Shown here: positions 12,321-23,647 of the stretch, in pieces
Numbering within the stretch: the stretch's first letter is position 1
Layout of the letters: each line of letters begins with the position of its first letter
Assembly: GCA_965644495.1 (NCBI GenBank)
Contig: CBFFSA010000002.1
Location: 806,001 to 870,000 of the forward strand
DNA from: Perkinsela sp. CCAP 1560/9
Taxonomy: Eukaryota > Protista > Euglenozoa: Kinetoplastea
Reading direction: 5' to 3'
DNA length: 64,000 bases
Notes under the pieces: model-generated
Seen by the model: only the letters and a program-made list of their open reading frames with translations
Told to the model about the DNA's origin: nothing
Databases searched by the model: none
Program-made: the position numbers and the translations under genes

Positions 12321-13876
12321 CTGTGCCCCCCCCCACTTATAGTGCCGTTTAGAAGAAAACAAATTGTCCGAAAAAATTGACCAATTTATTTGACCAAAAA
12401 TGTAGAGTAAATATAGCGTAAATTTCTAATATTTTCATTTATGGAAATCACTGAAACTTTATTAATAGTTCCCTTCATCCTTTCAATGACTGTCGATTCG
12501 AACGAGAACGAGACGCTAGACAAAGCGTACACTCGTGGATCGGCGATTTCAGGTCCTTTGGGGCGCTGGTTTACGGTTATTCCGCCAGCGCCGAGAATTG
12601 TTCCCCCGGTGGTCAGCCGTCCTCCCCCCAACACACTTGATTCTCTTCCCATGAGCACACCTAGGACCTCTAGAGTGTGTTTGACTATGCAAGTCATTTA
12701 AGATTGATGTAGATGCTCTGCCATCAACTGAACAAACGAGGACTTCCTACAAAGGGGATCGATGGAATGCTATTCGCCGCCGGGGCTCTCTTATTCCATG
12801 TGGACTTCTCGATATTTTATGCAACCGAGTAGTCGAGAAATACAATTCGACGCAAACGGGTGTAAAGGTCGCACTGTGCATTGTGTGGCAAACACAGGCA
12901 CTTATTGGGTTTGGAGACTGGGTTTTTGGGACTGTCCCTGAACTCGCTCCTGTGACGGAGTTGTACGCATGCTTGTATTACGAAGTTCACTTCGTACTTG
13001 TTCGGGTCTCTTCCAACACCCTTCTAGTCTTTGACAGCTTAAAACAACACGCTCCTCGTGCAGCAATGGACAACTTAAATCGCTTTGTGGAAACCTTAAA
13101 ATTATCGCACGAACGATATCATGGACTACAGGTCACATATGTTGATTGCGTGCAACAAGCTCCTGGAGACAACGACTGTGCATTGCACGTTGTAAATAAT
13201 TTATAGATGAACCTCTTCTCCAGTGATACTCCAGTCATTAGTCGGAAAACTGCAAAGGAATCTTGGTATCCATAGGATTGATATGTTATATTAAAGCCCC
13301 AACTGTTCGGCTCGAGGGCACGACCGTTCAGCAGAAAAAAAAGACCCAAGAAGCGACTATAAAGTGGGCGGTCGTTAATAAAAAAAGAAAAATAAAATAA
13401 TGTGGTTATGATAAGGCCTTAATAAATTTTATAATAAGGCATTTCAAATATTTTTCGTTGATTAATTTATGTAGAAAAGCAATGAATGTTATTTTGAATG
13501 CAAGCATCGGTTTGGGCTCACAGTTTGTAATTTTTTCTTTCGAATCTCTAGAACTGAGTTGAGTACTTCATGGAATTCTTTCACCGTGCTCTGCCACACA
13601 TTACCCAACCAGACATCTTGTCTTGCGCATTATTGTCCTCTCTTTTCCCCTTAACACCCATCACCCGATTATCCATCATACCGCAGCAGTGGAGTAGAAA
13701 CTCCATTTACAGCGCTTAGGCACTCAAAACCACATGATAGAAAGAATTGCGCCGCGAAGCGTCGCGCTTTTTTTTTTGAAGGGGAAAAATTTTGATCCTC
13801 GACCTGAAACATACTACCCCCCCACTTATAGTGCCGTTTGGTCGAAAACCGCGGCACTATAAGTGGGGGGGCACAC
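12321..13876. mobile_element. TA-flanked TIR element enclosing a Ulp1-like peptidase relic
   Basis: TA|ctgtg(c)n-acttatagtgccg ... cggcactataagt(g)n-cacac|TA. Confidence 0.65.
12730..13206 (+). pseudogene. Ulp1/SENP-like (C48) cysteine peptidase domain, degenerate
   Basis: HFVLV...VFDSL...QQAPGDNDCALHV gives H-D-(Q)-C in C48 order; upstream frame broken. Confidence 0.7.
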
Positions 13877-13905
13877 TATTTGATTTTTTAACTTTTTTTC
13901 CAAAA

Positions 13906-14927
13906 ATGCCAAAATCACCATATTGACTCCCAAGAGGGGGGCTTACTCCTAGTGGAAAGGTTCTTTTAAAGATGAGGCATGGACAAGGAGTACCAATAAA
14001 AGAGCTAGCCCGTGATTTCAACGTTTCTAGAAGGATAGTTAAAAAATATTTGAACGAAAAAAAAACTACCCCAGTATACACTCTGAGTCCTGAGCCCAAA
14101 AAAAAATAATGAAAACTCGCAAAACGAAAATTGAGAAGATAATAACCCCTCTCGACCCCGCTGGAGTACCGAGATTCAATTCATCAAGGCGCATAACAGC
14201 CCAATTAAACAAAAAAAATATTCAAGTTTCAAAAAGAGCTGTACAGAGAGACTTATCATCCCTGGATTACAGTTATGCCGCTCGGCCGCTATGCCAAGGG
14301 CTTACCGAACGACGAAAGGTAAAAAGAGTTCAATTTGCGTTGAATTACAATATGGATACTGCCCGTGTTATCTTTACAGACGAAAAAATATTTGATACGA
14401 ACGATAACAGAAGAAAAATGTGGGTAAGGTGCGGTCAAAAAGCAGCCCCGCGTCAAAAAGTACGTTGGGCACCAAGATGCCAGGTTTGGGGAGCTGTAGG
14501 GGTGGGGTGGAGGTACTTGGTAATTCTACAAAATGACACATCTATTACAAGTGAGACGTACATAGAAACATTAAAAGAGGTGGATCTCCCCCCTAATCGT
14601 ATTTTTCAGCAAGATGGGGCAACGGCACACACTGCTCGTGCCTCAAAGGAGTACGTTGAAAGCGCAATGAGTGAACTTCTGAAAAATTGGCCCCCCAACT
14701 CACCAGATCTTTCCCTAATAGAAAACGTCTGGTCTATGGCCCAAGGGGCGGTGGACGAACAGACCCCATGGGATAAGCCTTCACTCATCCGATGTGTACG
14801 CAAAGCGTGGTCTCGCTTGTCTCAAAACGTGATCAATAAAACGGTCTTAAGCTCTGACTCACGCCTTAAGGAGTGTATAAGATTGAAAGGCAAAAAAGTG
14901 AAAAAAAATTATATCCGCACCCCTCTT
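13906..14927 (+). mobile_element. Tc1/IS630-family DDE transposase, disrupted, with candidate right TIR at ~14910-14927
   Basis: FTDEKIF, QQDGATAH, WPPNSPDLSLIENVW in ORF 14109-15041; N-terminal HTH (GVPIKELARDFNVSRRIVKKYL) in another frame from 13906 with a TGA at 13924; tatatccgcacccctctt|TA loosely matches TA|aaggggggcggatata at 12095. Confidence 0.9.
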
Positions 14928-14982
14928 TACATTATGGTTCATTCAATCAGCTCATACGTTGCGTACATCAAATTTTTACGAT

Positions 14983-15561
14983 ATGTTGGCTTTGCTAGCC
15001 ACAGACTCTGTGACAACCTCTACTCGCGCGGGTCGCGTTAACCGCGCCGCATTGCCTCAGCAGCATGAACTTTCGTTCTTCATACAAAAGATCGAGCATC
15101 CAGATACATCGTGGAATGCGGGAGTGCCTGCATGTGAGTGGAAGGGGGTGGACTGCGATGCACGTAGCCATGTTACCTTTTTAGCGTGGTCGAATATGAA
15201 ACTGCGAGGATCTCTTGAGTGGGACTATCTGCCTCGTACACTAAGGTACATTTATCTTGAGAACAACTTACTCAGTGGTGAGGTGAATTGGGAGAGTTTG
15301 TCCTCAACTTTGCAGTGCCTTTACCTTCAGGTGAACAAATTAACGGGGAAAGTCGACTTGCGAAAGCTCCCACGGTCTCTATCACAGATCGACCTCTCAA
15401 AAAATTGCTTCGAGGGGGAATTATTGCTTCAAAACTTACCAAAAAGACTCAGTATTTTATATCTTGAAAACAATCCTAGTCTTGTTGGCAGGATTCGTCA
15501 CTCAAAACTGCGTCCATTTCTCCGATTGCGAGTGCAACAAACTGGTATTATCTTAATCTAA
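14983..15561 (+). CDS. small LRR protein
   Basis: MLALLATD..RAGRV..LPQQHEL leader, CEWKGVDC cap, LRRs. Confidence 0.9.
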   Translation: MLALLATDSVTTSTRAGRVNRAALPQQHELSFFIQKIEHPDTSWNAGVPACEWKGVDCDARSHVTFLAWSNMKLRGSLEWDYLPRTLRYIYLENNLLSGEVNWESLSSTLQCLYLQVNKLTGKVDLRKLPRSLSQIDLSKNCFEGELLLQNLPKRLSILYLENNPSLVGRIRHSKLRPFLRLRVQQTGIILI

Positions 15562-16080
15562 CACAATTCTTGGATATTTTTCCTCAGAGTTCGTTGTACT
15601 GTGTGTGATTGTGTGTACTGTCCTACTAAAGCTGGTTTGCTAAAGTTTGTGCACACATTTTTTACTTAGTTTTTTCTCTGTACATACATTCGAAAGGATG
15701 TTTTTTGAGGGTGTCAAATCCTTGGAATCTATTTTTCAAAAGTTTGAACGCGTGTCGCGTTACAGTTGGAGGCCGCAGGAGATTTTCTAATGTGTTCTCT
15801 AGTAACAAGCTAAATCAGCTGTTTAGCGCTTTTTCTATATGTTTAGACATTCTTTCAACAATGCTAAGATCATCTGCACAAGAAATCACAAGTTTCTTTA
15901 CATGATTTTTAAAGTAGTTTTACAGACTTTGCTAATGCCAATTCTCTTGTTTTTAGAAATAGAAGCGGGAAACTGTTCTAATATTACCGTTCCCCCTATT
16001 TACTATTTAGCACCCCCTCTATTTAGCGATTGGATTTTCGATTCGTACTTTTTCACTCTTTACTACTAAATTTATTTATA

Positions 16081-17076
16081 ATGGCTTTTTGTTGCTTGGT
16101 AGCTTTCTTTTGTGACCCTGCACAGATTCGACCAGCTAAAGTGAGGGGAAATCTGCCCCCTGAACATCAGCTCTGCCGCTTTTTAAGCAATGTCGAAAAG
16201 TCACACATCTCATGGAACGTCGACACTCCAATAGAGCGCTGGTCTAACGTGAAAACTGTTTTTCGGTATCATGGCAGTCGCAAAGATGCAAAGGCGTACA
16301 AGGAAGCGAAGCACCACGAACCGTGGTTGGAGATAGACTGGTCCGCAATGGGACTCAGCGGAAGCTTGGAGTGGGAGTATCTCCCAGCGCGGGTTCGGAC
16401 ACTTCGTTTGGGAAGCGCATTAAGGGGCTGTCTCCATCGGAAAAATTATTTATATGGTACCGTTGACTTCGCATTACTGCCACGCAATATGATAGAATTT
16501 AATATTGTGGAGAACGCTTTTAAAGGACCCTTGGATTTTACTTGTCTTCCGCGATCTCTTCAAATATTAAGCATAGGTTTTAACCAGTTTTCCGGTTTTG
16601 TAGATCTTACTCAGCTTCCTCCAACATTGCTAAAAGCTTTTTTGGGTGTAAATTTCTTTTCCGGTGTTGTTTGTCTCTCACATCTTCCCCAAAGTCTGAC
16701 GCAATTAATTTTGAGTGGAAATGGGGAGACGGAGAAAACTGGGACTTACGCTCGACTTGAAGGTAAAGTAGAGTTCTCCCTTCTGCCGAGATCTATGAAG
16801 GTATTTTCAATAGCAAAAGGAAAGTTTTTCGGTAATCTAGATTTTGAGAAGCTTCCACCAACGCTGAAGCTGTTGAATATTGAAGATAACAATTTTTCGG
16901 GAATGATTGATCTCACGCAACTGCCTAAGAACCTTGAGTCTGCCTGGCTTGCGCGAAATAATTTTAAGGGGGATGTTGACTTTTCGAGGCTGCCGCAAAG
17001 CTTGAATTTGCTGGACATTAGCGCAGGGGGGATCAAATACAAAACGAAACCGGCATGCGTCCATTTTCAGAACTAA
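16081..17076 (+). CDS. LRR protein
   Basis: MAFCCLVAFFCD..RPAKVRGNLPPEHQL leader; multiple LRRs. Confidence 0.92.
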   Translation: MAFCCLVAFFCDPAQIRPAKVRGNLPPEHQLCRFLSNVEKSHISWNVDTPIERWSNVKTVFRYHGSRKDAKAYKEAKHHEPWLEIDWSAMGLSGSLEWEYLPARVRTLRLGSALRGCLHRKNYLYGTVDFALLPRNMIEFNIVENAFKGPLDFTCLPRSLQILSIGFNQFSGFVDLTQLPPTLLKAFLGVNFFSGVVCLSHLPQSLTQLILSGNGETEKTGTYARLEGKVEFSLLPRSMKVFSIAKGKFFGNLDFEKLPPTLKLLNIEDNNFSGMIDLTQLPKNLESAWLARNNFKGDVDFSRLPQSLNLLDISAGGIKYKTKPACVHFQN

Positions 17077-17117
17077 TTTTCCACTATTCTATCTTGCAGT
17101 TGTCGTTTTCTTTGTTA

Positions 17118-17225
17118 CTGTCCCCCCTCCCCTTAAGCGCACCCGGTTAGCCCCCCACGCTCCCACCCCCCGTTTAAGCGCACTTTCCACGGAAAATGAG
17201 GTGCGCTTAAACGGAGGGGGGGCAG
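17118..17225. mobile_element. 108-bp TA-flanked MITE
   Basis: TA|ctgtcccccctccccttaagcgcac ... gtgcgcttaaacggagggggggcag|TA. Confidence 0.75.
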
Positions 17226-17328
17226 TATTTATCTTTGTAAAAAGTGGAGACTAGTCGAGCAGTTTCCTGAAGCGAGAAAAACTATAGTTCTAAATCTACG
17301 GCAATGCTGTACGCAAATACTCTAGGCC

Positions 17329-20300
17329 ATGCATGTAAAGAGGAAGTCGTATTTTAGAATCAAAATTTCCTATCCCTATTCTTATTGTTTTCCAATGGAA
17401 GAACCACGTGGGCTGGACACGGCATTAATGGACTTACTTGACCTGAAACCTCCTCTTAGCAATGATTGCGATGAAAAAAACGATGCTTCACGTATCGTAT
17501 TAAACCCTTTCAAAGGCATAGAAAAAACGGCCGTCATCTTGCAATGCCGCATTTTCTCCTCTCAACGTCCCGATCCTCATGAATGCCACGCCGTGCTACT
17601 CCACCTCCTGTACTTACTGCACCATCCGGGAGAAACCCTAACCGAGACCGAGGCCACGGAACTTGCCATTGGCGTCACCAAACTGTTTCAAATCCAACAC
17701 GCCCCTTGGCTCCGTCGTCTCCTCTACCTTGTCCTCCAACAGCTCAGCACCCACAGCCCCCTCACCAGCCCCACCGCCTCCTCCGCCCTCCTCACCGCCA
17801 CCAACCCCCTTATCCGGGACATCCAATCCCCCGAGCCCTCCCCCCTCCCCCCCCACGCCCTACGCACCTGGGGCGCGCTCTGTCTCCGCGAGCCCTCCGT
17901 GCTCCTCTCCCCCCCGATGCGTCGGGTCCTCCAGCGCGCCCTCGCGGACCCCTCCCCCGCGGTCGCGTGCGCCGCCCTCCGCGTGGGCCTCCACCTGCTC
18001 CCCCGCGCCCCCGAGCTCACCGGCGCCTGCGCCCACGAGCTCCGGGGGGCCCTGCGGAGTGCCCACCCCAGCGTCCAGCACCACGCCCTGGTCGTCCTGC
18101 TGCGCGGCACGGGGCCGCAGCGAGGGGAGCACAGGGCAGCCGAAGGGGCACAGGGGAAGGGGGGAGGGAAGAAGAAGAACAGAAGTGGGGGGGAGGCCCA
18201 GGGGAGGGAGCACTCCCCCCCGGGGTACTATGACCTGGCACGGCTGGTTCAGCAGGAGGGGGGGCGGGTGAGGTCACCGCTGGGGGTGTGTGCGCTGCTG
18301 CGGCAGTGTGGGCGGTGTTACGGGGGGCGGGGAAGGGAGGGGGGTGGGGGGTCCAGGCCTCGGTATGGGGGACAACCCCCGAGTGAGGTGGTGGGGTTTA
18401 TTCGGGGGGCGCTGGGGCATCCGGAGGGTGTGGTGGTGATGGAGGCGGCGATGACGATGTGTGGTATTCCCGAGATTGTGGAGGCTGAAATGGTGGTGAC
18501 GACACTGCAGTCGTATTTGGTGTCACCGAATGTTGTGTGGCAGAGTACAGCGCTGTCGGTGATCGACCAACTCTCGCGGGCTCACCCGGGATGCGTCAGT
18601 GGGTGTCGTCACGAATTGCAGCACATTTTGGTGAGCTCCATCCAAGACGGGGAGGAAATAGAAGGTGCAGACGCCTCACAGGTCGCCATGGCTCTGAAAA
18701 TTCTTCTACGTCTTCCTCAGGCGGAGGATCTTGGGTACGAGGTCTTGAGCGCACTTCCGTGTTTGATGCTATCCGATCACGTAGGCGAGGATACCAAGCG
18801 TGAGCTCTTGTATTCGGTAAAGGAACTATGTTTCCGTTCTTCCGTCGTCCACACTCCCACACATGACGTCTTCCGGGAAATATTGAAAGTATCCAACCCA
18901 TCCCCACTGCTTTGCCGCCTGCAGTGTGAGCTCCTCGACCAACTTAGGTGCATTGCAGATAGGGTGTCACACTGGAGAGCGCCGCTCCTAAGCCTTTTTT
19001 GTACAGTACTGGACGAAAGCACGGCACCAGGGTTGGAAATTCGTGCCGTTTTCGCCATCGGATTAGTAGGGTCTCGTACGCAGACTCCCACACGGCTTGT
19101 CCCTACCCTTATGAGTTGCCTGGTACTGTGTGTACCCAGCGTGCGCGCCGCCTCGCTCACGGCACTGGCCAAAATAGCGTTTGTATGTGAGTCCGCACGA
19201 TCTCTTGTGACGTCCTGTTATGAAGCGGTGCTTCAAAATGAAACAGACACAGAATGTCGAAGTCGTGCTACGCTGTATTTGCACTTGCTGCGTCAGTGCG
19301 ATCAATCCGTGACCGCACAAGTTTTGGGATGGTGCGAAAGCAAACAAAGTTTTGTGAGTTTTTGCAGCAGCAGTGAACTGTCGGGTACAGAGCTTGGCAC
19401 AGCCAATGAGAAAACTGGCGATGCTGCTTACCGGTCGAATAATTTTTCGAATGGCCCCCAAGCCGTTTCGGAGCCATCCTTGCCCACTAATAAGCTACCT
19501 AGCGTCATTCTTGAACATGAGTGCTTTGAGCACCTAGGCGCCCCTTTCGCGGTGTCCAAAAGCCAGGCGCTTACTGAGCAAGATACGGAGTACGTCGTCC
19601 ACCTCGTGTTTCTTCTTTACACCGACACCGTAGTACTGCAGTATCAAATTCAAAACACAATGGAGGCTGTTGCGCTCACTACCGTAAATGTGGAGGTTGA
19701 CGTACACGAGATTAACCCCTCAGTCCTTGTGAAGCAAACTTACCCTACCCCGTTTATCCCACCCGGGCAGATACGCCACGTCCACGTGGTGCTGCGCAAA
19801 CCTGCGGGAGCGCTCTGTGTGGGTCTTCTTAGTCACAAGCTCTCCTTTGGTCTCGCTGAGGCTGAGGAAACAGGGGACTTCCCTGTAGGCCACGGCACCA
19901 CAGATGACTACGCCCTGGAAGCTGCGGAGCTCACCACATGGGACTACGTACGTCCCGCTGCGTCATCTGAGACGGATCGAGCCGTCGCGGCCACATGGGC
20001 TGCCGATGGCACCGTCTTTCCCTTAGATCACCTCCCTGAATCGATGGGAAATTATCGACTTCCGGGGTACTCCGGAGAAGGGGGACTGAACGAAGTGTGT
20101 AACGCCCTCACCGGGATGGTCTCCGGCCTCCACTGTGTGTGGGATGACGCCATCACGAGACAACAGGACGGGGGACAAGGGAAACCGAGTCGCTCTCCCC
20201 CACAGCGGGCGGTTTTGGTCTACTCCGGGGAGTTGATGGGTCCAGATGGCACGGGACACTACCCCCTCTATCTTCGTATTCAGGTAGAGTCGACACGCCA

Positions 20301-20388
20301 GGGTGTGTCCCTGAACGTGCGTCTGAGATGTTCTGTGCAGGAGGACGTGCGTCTCGTGTTACTGCAGGAGTTCGTTGAGAGTGCCTAG
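17329..20388 (+). CDS. COPG: coatomer subunit gamma (start may be 17395)
   Basis: NPFKGIEKTAVILQCRIF, TETEATE..IGVTKLFQ, LRRLLYL, VQHHAL, ECRSRATLYL, appendage LTEQDTEYVV..VLQYQIQNTM. Confidence 0.92.
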   Translation: MHVKRKSYFRIKISYPYSYCFPMEEPRGLDTALMDLLDLKPPLSNDCDEKNDASRIVLNPFKGIEKTAVILQCRIFSSQRPDPHECHAVLLHLLYLLHHPGETLTETEATELAIGVTKLFQIQHAPWLRRLLYLVLQQLSTHSPLTSPTASSALLTATNPLIRDIQSPEPSPLPPHALRTWGALCLREPSVLLSPPMRRVLQRALADPSPAVACAALRVGLHLLPRAPELTGACAHELRGALRSAHPSVQHHALVVLLRGTGPQRGEHRAAEGAQGKGGGKKKNRSGGEAQGREHSPPGYYDLARLVQQEGGRVRSPLGVCALLRQCGRCYGGRGREGGGGSRPRYGGQPPSEVVGFIRGALGHPEGVVVMEAAMTMCGIPEIVEAEMVVTTLQSYLVSPNVVWQSTALSVIDQLSRAHPGCVSGCRHELQHILVSSIQDGEEIEGADASQVAMALKILLRLPQAEDLGYEVLSALPCLMLSDHVGEDTKRELLYSVKELCFRSSVVHTPTHDVFREILKVSNPSPLLCRLQCELLDQLRCIADRVSHWRAPLLSLFCTVLDESTAPGLEIRAVFAIGLVGSRTQTPTRLVPTLMSCLVLCVPSVRAASLTALAKIAFVCESARSLVTSCYEAVLQNETDTECRSRATLYLHLLRQCDQSVTAQVLGWCESKQSFVSFCSSSELSGTELGTANEKTGDAAYRSNNFSNGPQAVSEPSLPTNKLPSVILEHECFEHLGAPFAVSKSQALTEQDTEYVVHLVFLLYTDTVVLQYQIQNTMEAVALTTVNVEVDVHEINPSVLVKQTYPTPFIPPGQIRHVHVVLRKPAGALCVGLLSHKLSFGLAEAEETGDFPVGHGTTDDYALEAAELTTWDYVRPAASSETDRAVAATWAADGTVFPLDHLPESMGNYRLPGYSGEGGLNEVCNALTGMVSGLHCVWDDAITRQQDGGQGKPSRSPPQRAVLVYSGELMGPDGTGHYPLYLRIQVESTRQGVSLNVRLRCSVQEDVRLVLLQEFVESA

Positions 20389-20742
20389 CGTGCTGGACGC
20401 TTGGGCTCGCTCATGGGGGGGGCCTACAAAGTATGGAGGCAGGCGCAGTTCAACGGATTCACACCACGTGTTTAGGAGAGATTCTGTACATTATGTACCT
20501 TGTGGATAGGACCACTGGTTTCTGTGGTGCTATTCCAGTTTTTTAATATGCAATACCGGTTAAGGCTTTGTTACTCCACTGTTTTGAGTCTATTGAGAAT
20601 TTCAATTTTTGTTATTCACACGCCTTTTGAACCTTTCGATTTCTCATGAGTTGCTTTAGAAAAGCAGCATTTACACTTTTTATTGTTGAATATTCTTCCT
20701 GAATAAAATACCTCTTCATCGTACGATTGTCTATTTGATAAA

Positions 20743-21562
20743 ATGCCGCATATCTGTATCATTGGTTTGTTCATTCGCGCTCTAACGTTGCACGCCGCGG
20801 ATGATACAGCAAATGGTCCTCCAAGGAAACGTCGATGCTACAGCTCCAAAACTACTTCTGCAATCACTTCAGATGATTATCAGGTGCGACTCTTTACCCA
20901 ACACTTGAAGAATCTTCCTGCGAGTTGGTACAATGCCTCTTCTCCCGTATGCTCCTGGGAGGGTATCGTATGTGACAAGGAGCAAAAGGTAATAGAAATT
21001 CTTTTTAGTGCTCCTGCAACTTGTGGAAATTTGACTTGGGAGTTCTGCCCACGTCACGTGGTCAAGATAGTACGTGATTCCTTCCTCAGTTCAATGTTCG
21101 GCGGTCAACTTCCTACCGCTGCATTAAGTCATACTCTAACTATAGCAATTGTATGAAAATGATCACGTTCGGACGGTCGATCTGACTACACTTCCACCGA
21201 ATATGACTGAATTGTTTTTAAGTACAAATAACTTTAGTGGGCCTCTCGATCTAACAAAGCTTCCTTCCTCCATGATAAAAATAGTTTTGCGTGGTAATAA
21301 ATTTGAGGGGCCAGTAGATCTTACAAGGCTTCCCCCTGGGTTGAGGTTGCTTAATCTTAATGGCAATCGATTGACAGGTGTTGTGGATCTCCGTCACCTT
21401 CCTGGGGATTCAAAAGCATTTCGATTGAGTTTACACTATAATTATTTTCTAGCATATTTAAGCACTCTAAAATATGTTCCTACGGCGTGGATTGAATGCG
21501 ATGTGCCGCGAATAGACCCCCTGCAACTTCCACTTTTTTCCGGGGATACTATGGGAGAATGA
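20743..21562 (+). pseudogene. LRR gene with a frameshift near 21150
   Basis: Cap CSWEGIVC in ORF 20743-21156; LRRs continue in ORF 21149-21562. Confidence 0.82.
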
Positions 21563-22481
21563 AGTCCATGATGGGCCACTTCGATTTTCTCACTGTCAAA
21601 TATGTATTTACTCCATCCCAAAATTACCAGTTTACGAAAGGGAACCACGGCGCCGCGAAGTGTCGCCAAATTTTTTTTTTCGGAATTTTTGCTGCACGTG
21701 TAGCTACGTATTGTACCTGTAGCTAGTTATTGTACTGGGGGGTACATTAATTCGTATGGGTAACTGTAAAATATGGCGTAACTTTTTATTTAACTTCCCG
21801 CTAGCAGAAAGAGTTTTCTGGTTTTTCCCATTCACGGGATACATGTACATAGGGCAAAACGAAATGTTTCACAGTATACAGTATTTCTTGAGTAAGTAGT
21901 TATTGAATAAGAACTGTGGCTCTCCATAGTTGAAAACACTACGACGGGGGGGGCTTTCTTTTTCTTGGGCTTTCCCATATCCCAAGATTTGCGCATGTAC
22001 ACAATTCTAGCCCGGGGTGCGGATTAATCTTTAAATTGCATATTAACATTTAAATTAGGAAAAATTAATTCCATGATTATGCCTCAGACTTCTCCTTTAC
22101 ATGATCGTTTTGGCTTTTCTCTCACACGTTGAACTGGTTGAAACAGGCGAAGCTCATCTTGAAAAGTTCGAAAAACACGAAAAATGATCAGAAATTGAAC
22201 TCTTTTAGCAGAAATGCGATATTTATGCTACAAAAGACAATATTTGAATAACAACTTTTTTGGGCTTTTATTAGCGCCACTTTAATTAAGGGAACTTTAA
22301 TTAAGACAATAATTAATTTTAAAATTCGATCTGCCTTAATTACTTTTATCCTTAATAACCGTTTCACCGGTAAATTAGAATTTAAATATTACCCCCGGGT
22401 TATTTGTACACATCACATTCCATTTCAACATAAAGTTCTTTTCTACTACGTTACGCGTTCAACTCACGCATCTCCCCATCT

Positions 22482-23306
22482 ATGCCTTCAGGAAAGAAAC
22501 CAACACCCCCTAAGTCGAGCACCGTCTCCTCGACCAAACCCAAACCCACCCCACCTGCTCCCACTAACCCTAAAACCAAACCCCCTGTTTCCTCCAACAA
22601 ACCGGGTTCCACCAAACCCGGTGCGGGTTCCAAATCCGGTGCAGCCGTGAAACCACCCCCTCCCGCCCCCTCCAAGGCCAAACAACCCCCACCCCCCACC
22701 TCCACCACCAAGTCCAAACCCCCCACCCCCTCCGGGGTCTACGTCACCGGTCTCTCCCCCCACGACCGCCTCGACACCCTCACCGCGGCCCTCCGCGCCT
22801 CCTGCGGCCCCATCGCCGCCTCCCGTCGCCGCGGCGGGAAGTACGCCCTGGTGTGGTTCACCTCCCCCGCGGCCGTGCGACACGCCATCGACACCCACCA
22901 CCGCAGGCCGATGGCCGGGATCGGCGGGGGGCACACCCCGCTCTCCCTCTCCCCGGCCAAGGCCCTCCCCCCGACCCCCCGGGGGGAGTACTGCACCAGT
23001 GTGTTTGTCGCCCCCGTGAGTGCTGCCACGGTGGGTAAGGCAGCGCTGGGGAAGGCGTTCGAGCGGTACGGGGCGGTGGAGAAGGTACGCACCTACCGCC
23101 GCGGGCACGCGTTCGTGTACTTTGGGAGTACGGGCGCGGCGGCCGCGGCGGTGGAGGGGTTGGACGGGAAGAAGCTGCTGGAGCGGTACGTACGGGTGCG
23201 GCTGTCGGTGCGCACCAAGGAGGGGGATGGGGAGAGGGCGGAGCGCGCGGAGAGACGGATGGCGCACGTGCGGGACTACCAGAAGTGGGTGCGGATGCAG
23301 GCGTGA
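22482..23306 (+). CDS. NRBD: kinetoplastid P34/P37 (NRBD)-type RNA-binding protein, P/K-rich N-terminus plus two RRMs
   Basis: GVYV..RRRGGKYALVWF..AAVRHAID..PAK..VFVAP..VRTYR..AFVY..VRLSVR..RAERA follows the trypanosomatid NRBD pattern (from recall). Confidence 0.8.
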   Translation: MPSGKKPTPPKSSTVSSTKPKPTPPAPTNPKTKPPVSSNKPGSTKPGAGSKSGAAVKPPPPAPSKAKQPPPPTSTTKSKPPTPSGVYVTGLSPHDRLDTLTAALRASCGPIAASRRRGGKYALVWFTSPAAVRHAIDTHHRRPMAGIGGGHTPLSLSPAKALPPTPRGEYCTSVFVAPVSAATVGKAALGKAFERYGAVEKVRTYRRGHAFVYFGSTGAAAAAVEGLDGKKLLERYVRVRLSVRTKEGDGERAERAERRMAHVRDYQKWVRMQA

Positions 23307-23647
23307 AGGGAAGAGGGTGGTGGGATGAAGGGTGAAGTTGTGTTTTGGGGGTAAGATAAGGAAAGGAGAAGCAAGATGGAAAAGAAAGATAAATCTATTT
23401 TGGTGGTTTCGAATAATATACATTTATATGCTGAACTTCAAGATGGTTGAGCAAAGTGACGTAAACTATTGTTTTGTACCTTACTATTCATGAGTTTTTG
23501 CTTTTTTAGCAAATCCTGCCCTACAATTTTAAGACATGCAATATTACGAACGCTTCACTTTTCTATTAACACTTTGTCACGGGATTTATTTTCCCTTTTG
23601 TATTTCGAAACTACCTATATTTTAGTATTCAACTCGCTATCCGTTCA

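Noticed and set aside
14928-15041. Transposase-LRR fusion gene
   Set aside because: The transposase frame reads through its TIR but overlaps the LRR in a different frame and stops at 15041
17583-18277. Overlapping Pro/Gly/Arg-rich alternative ORFs here and in the other GC-rich islands
   Set aside because: Shadow frames caused by stop-codon scarcity in C- or G-skewed DNA
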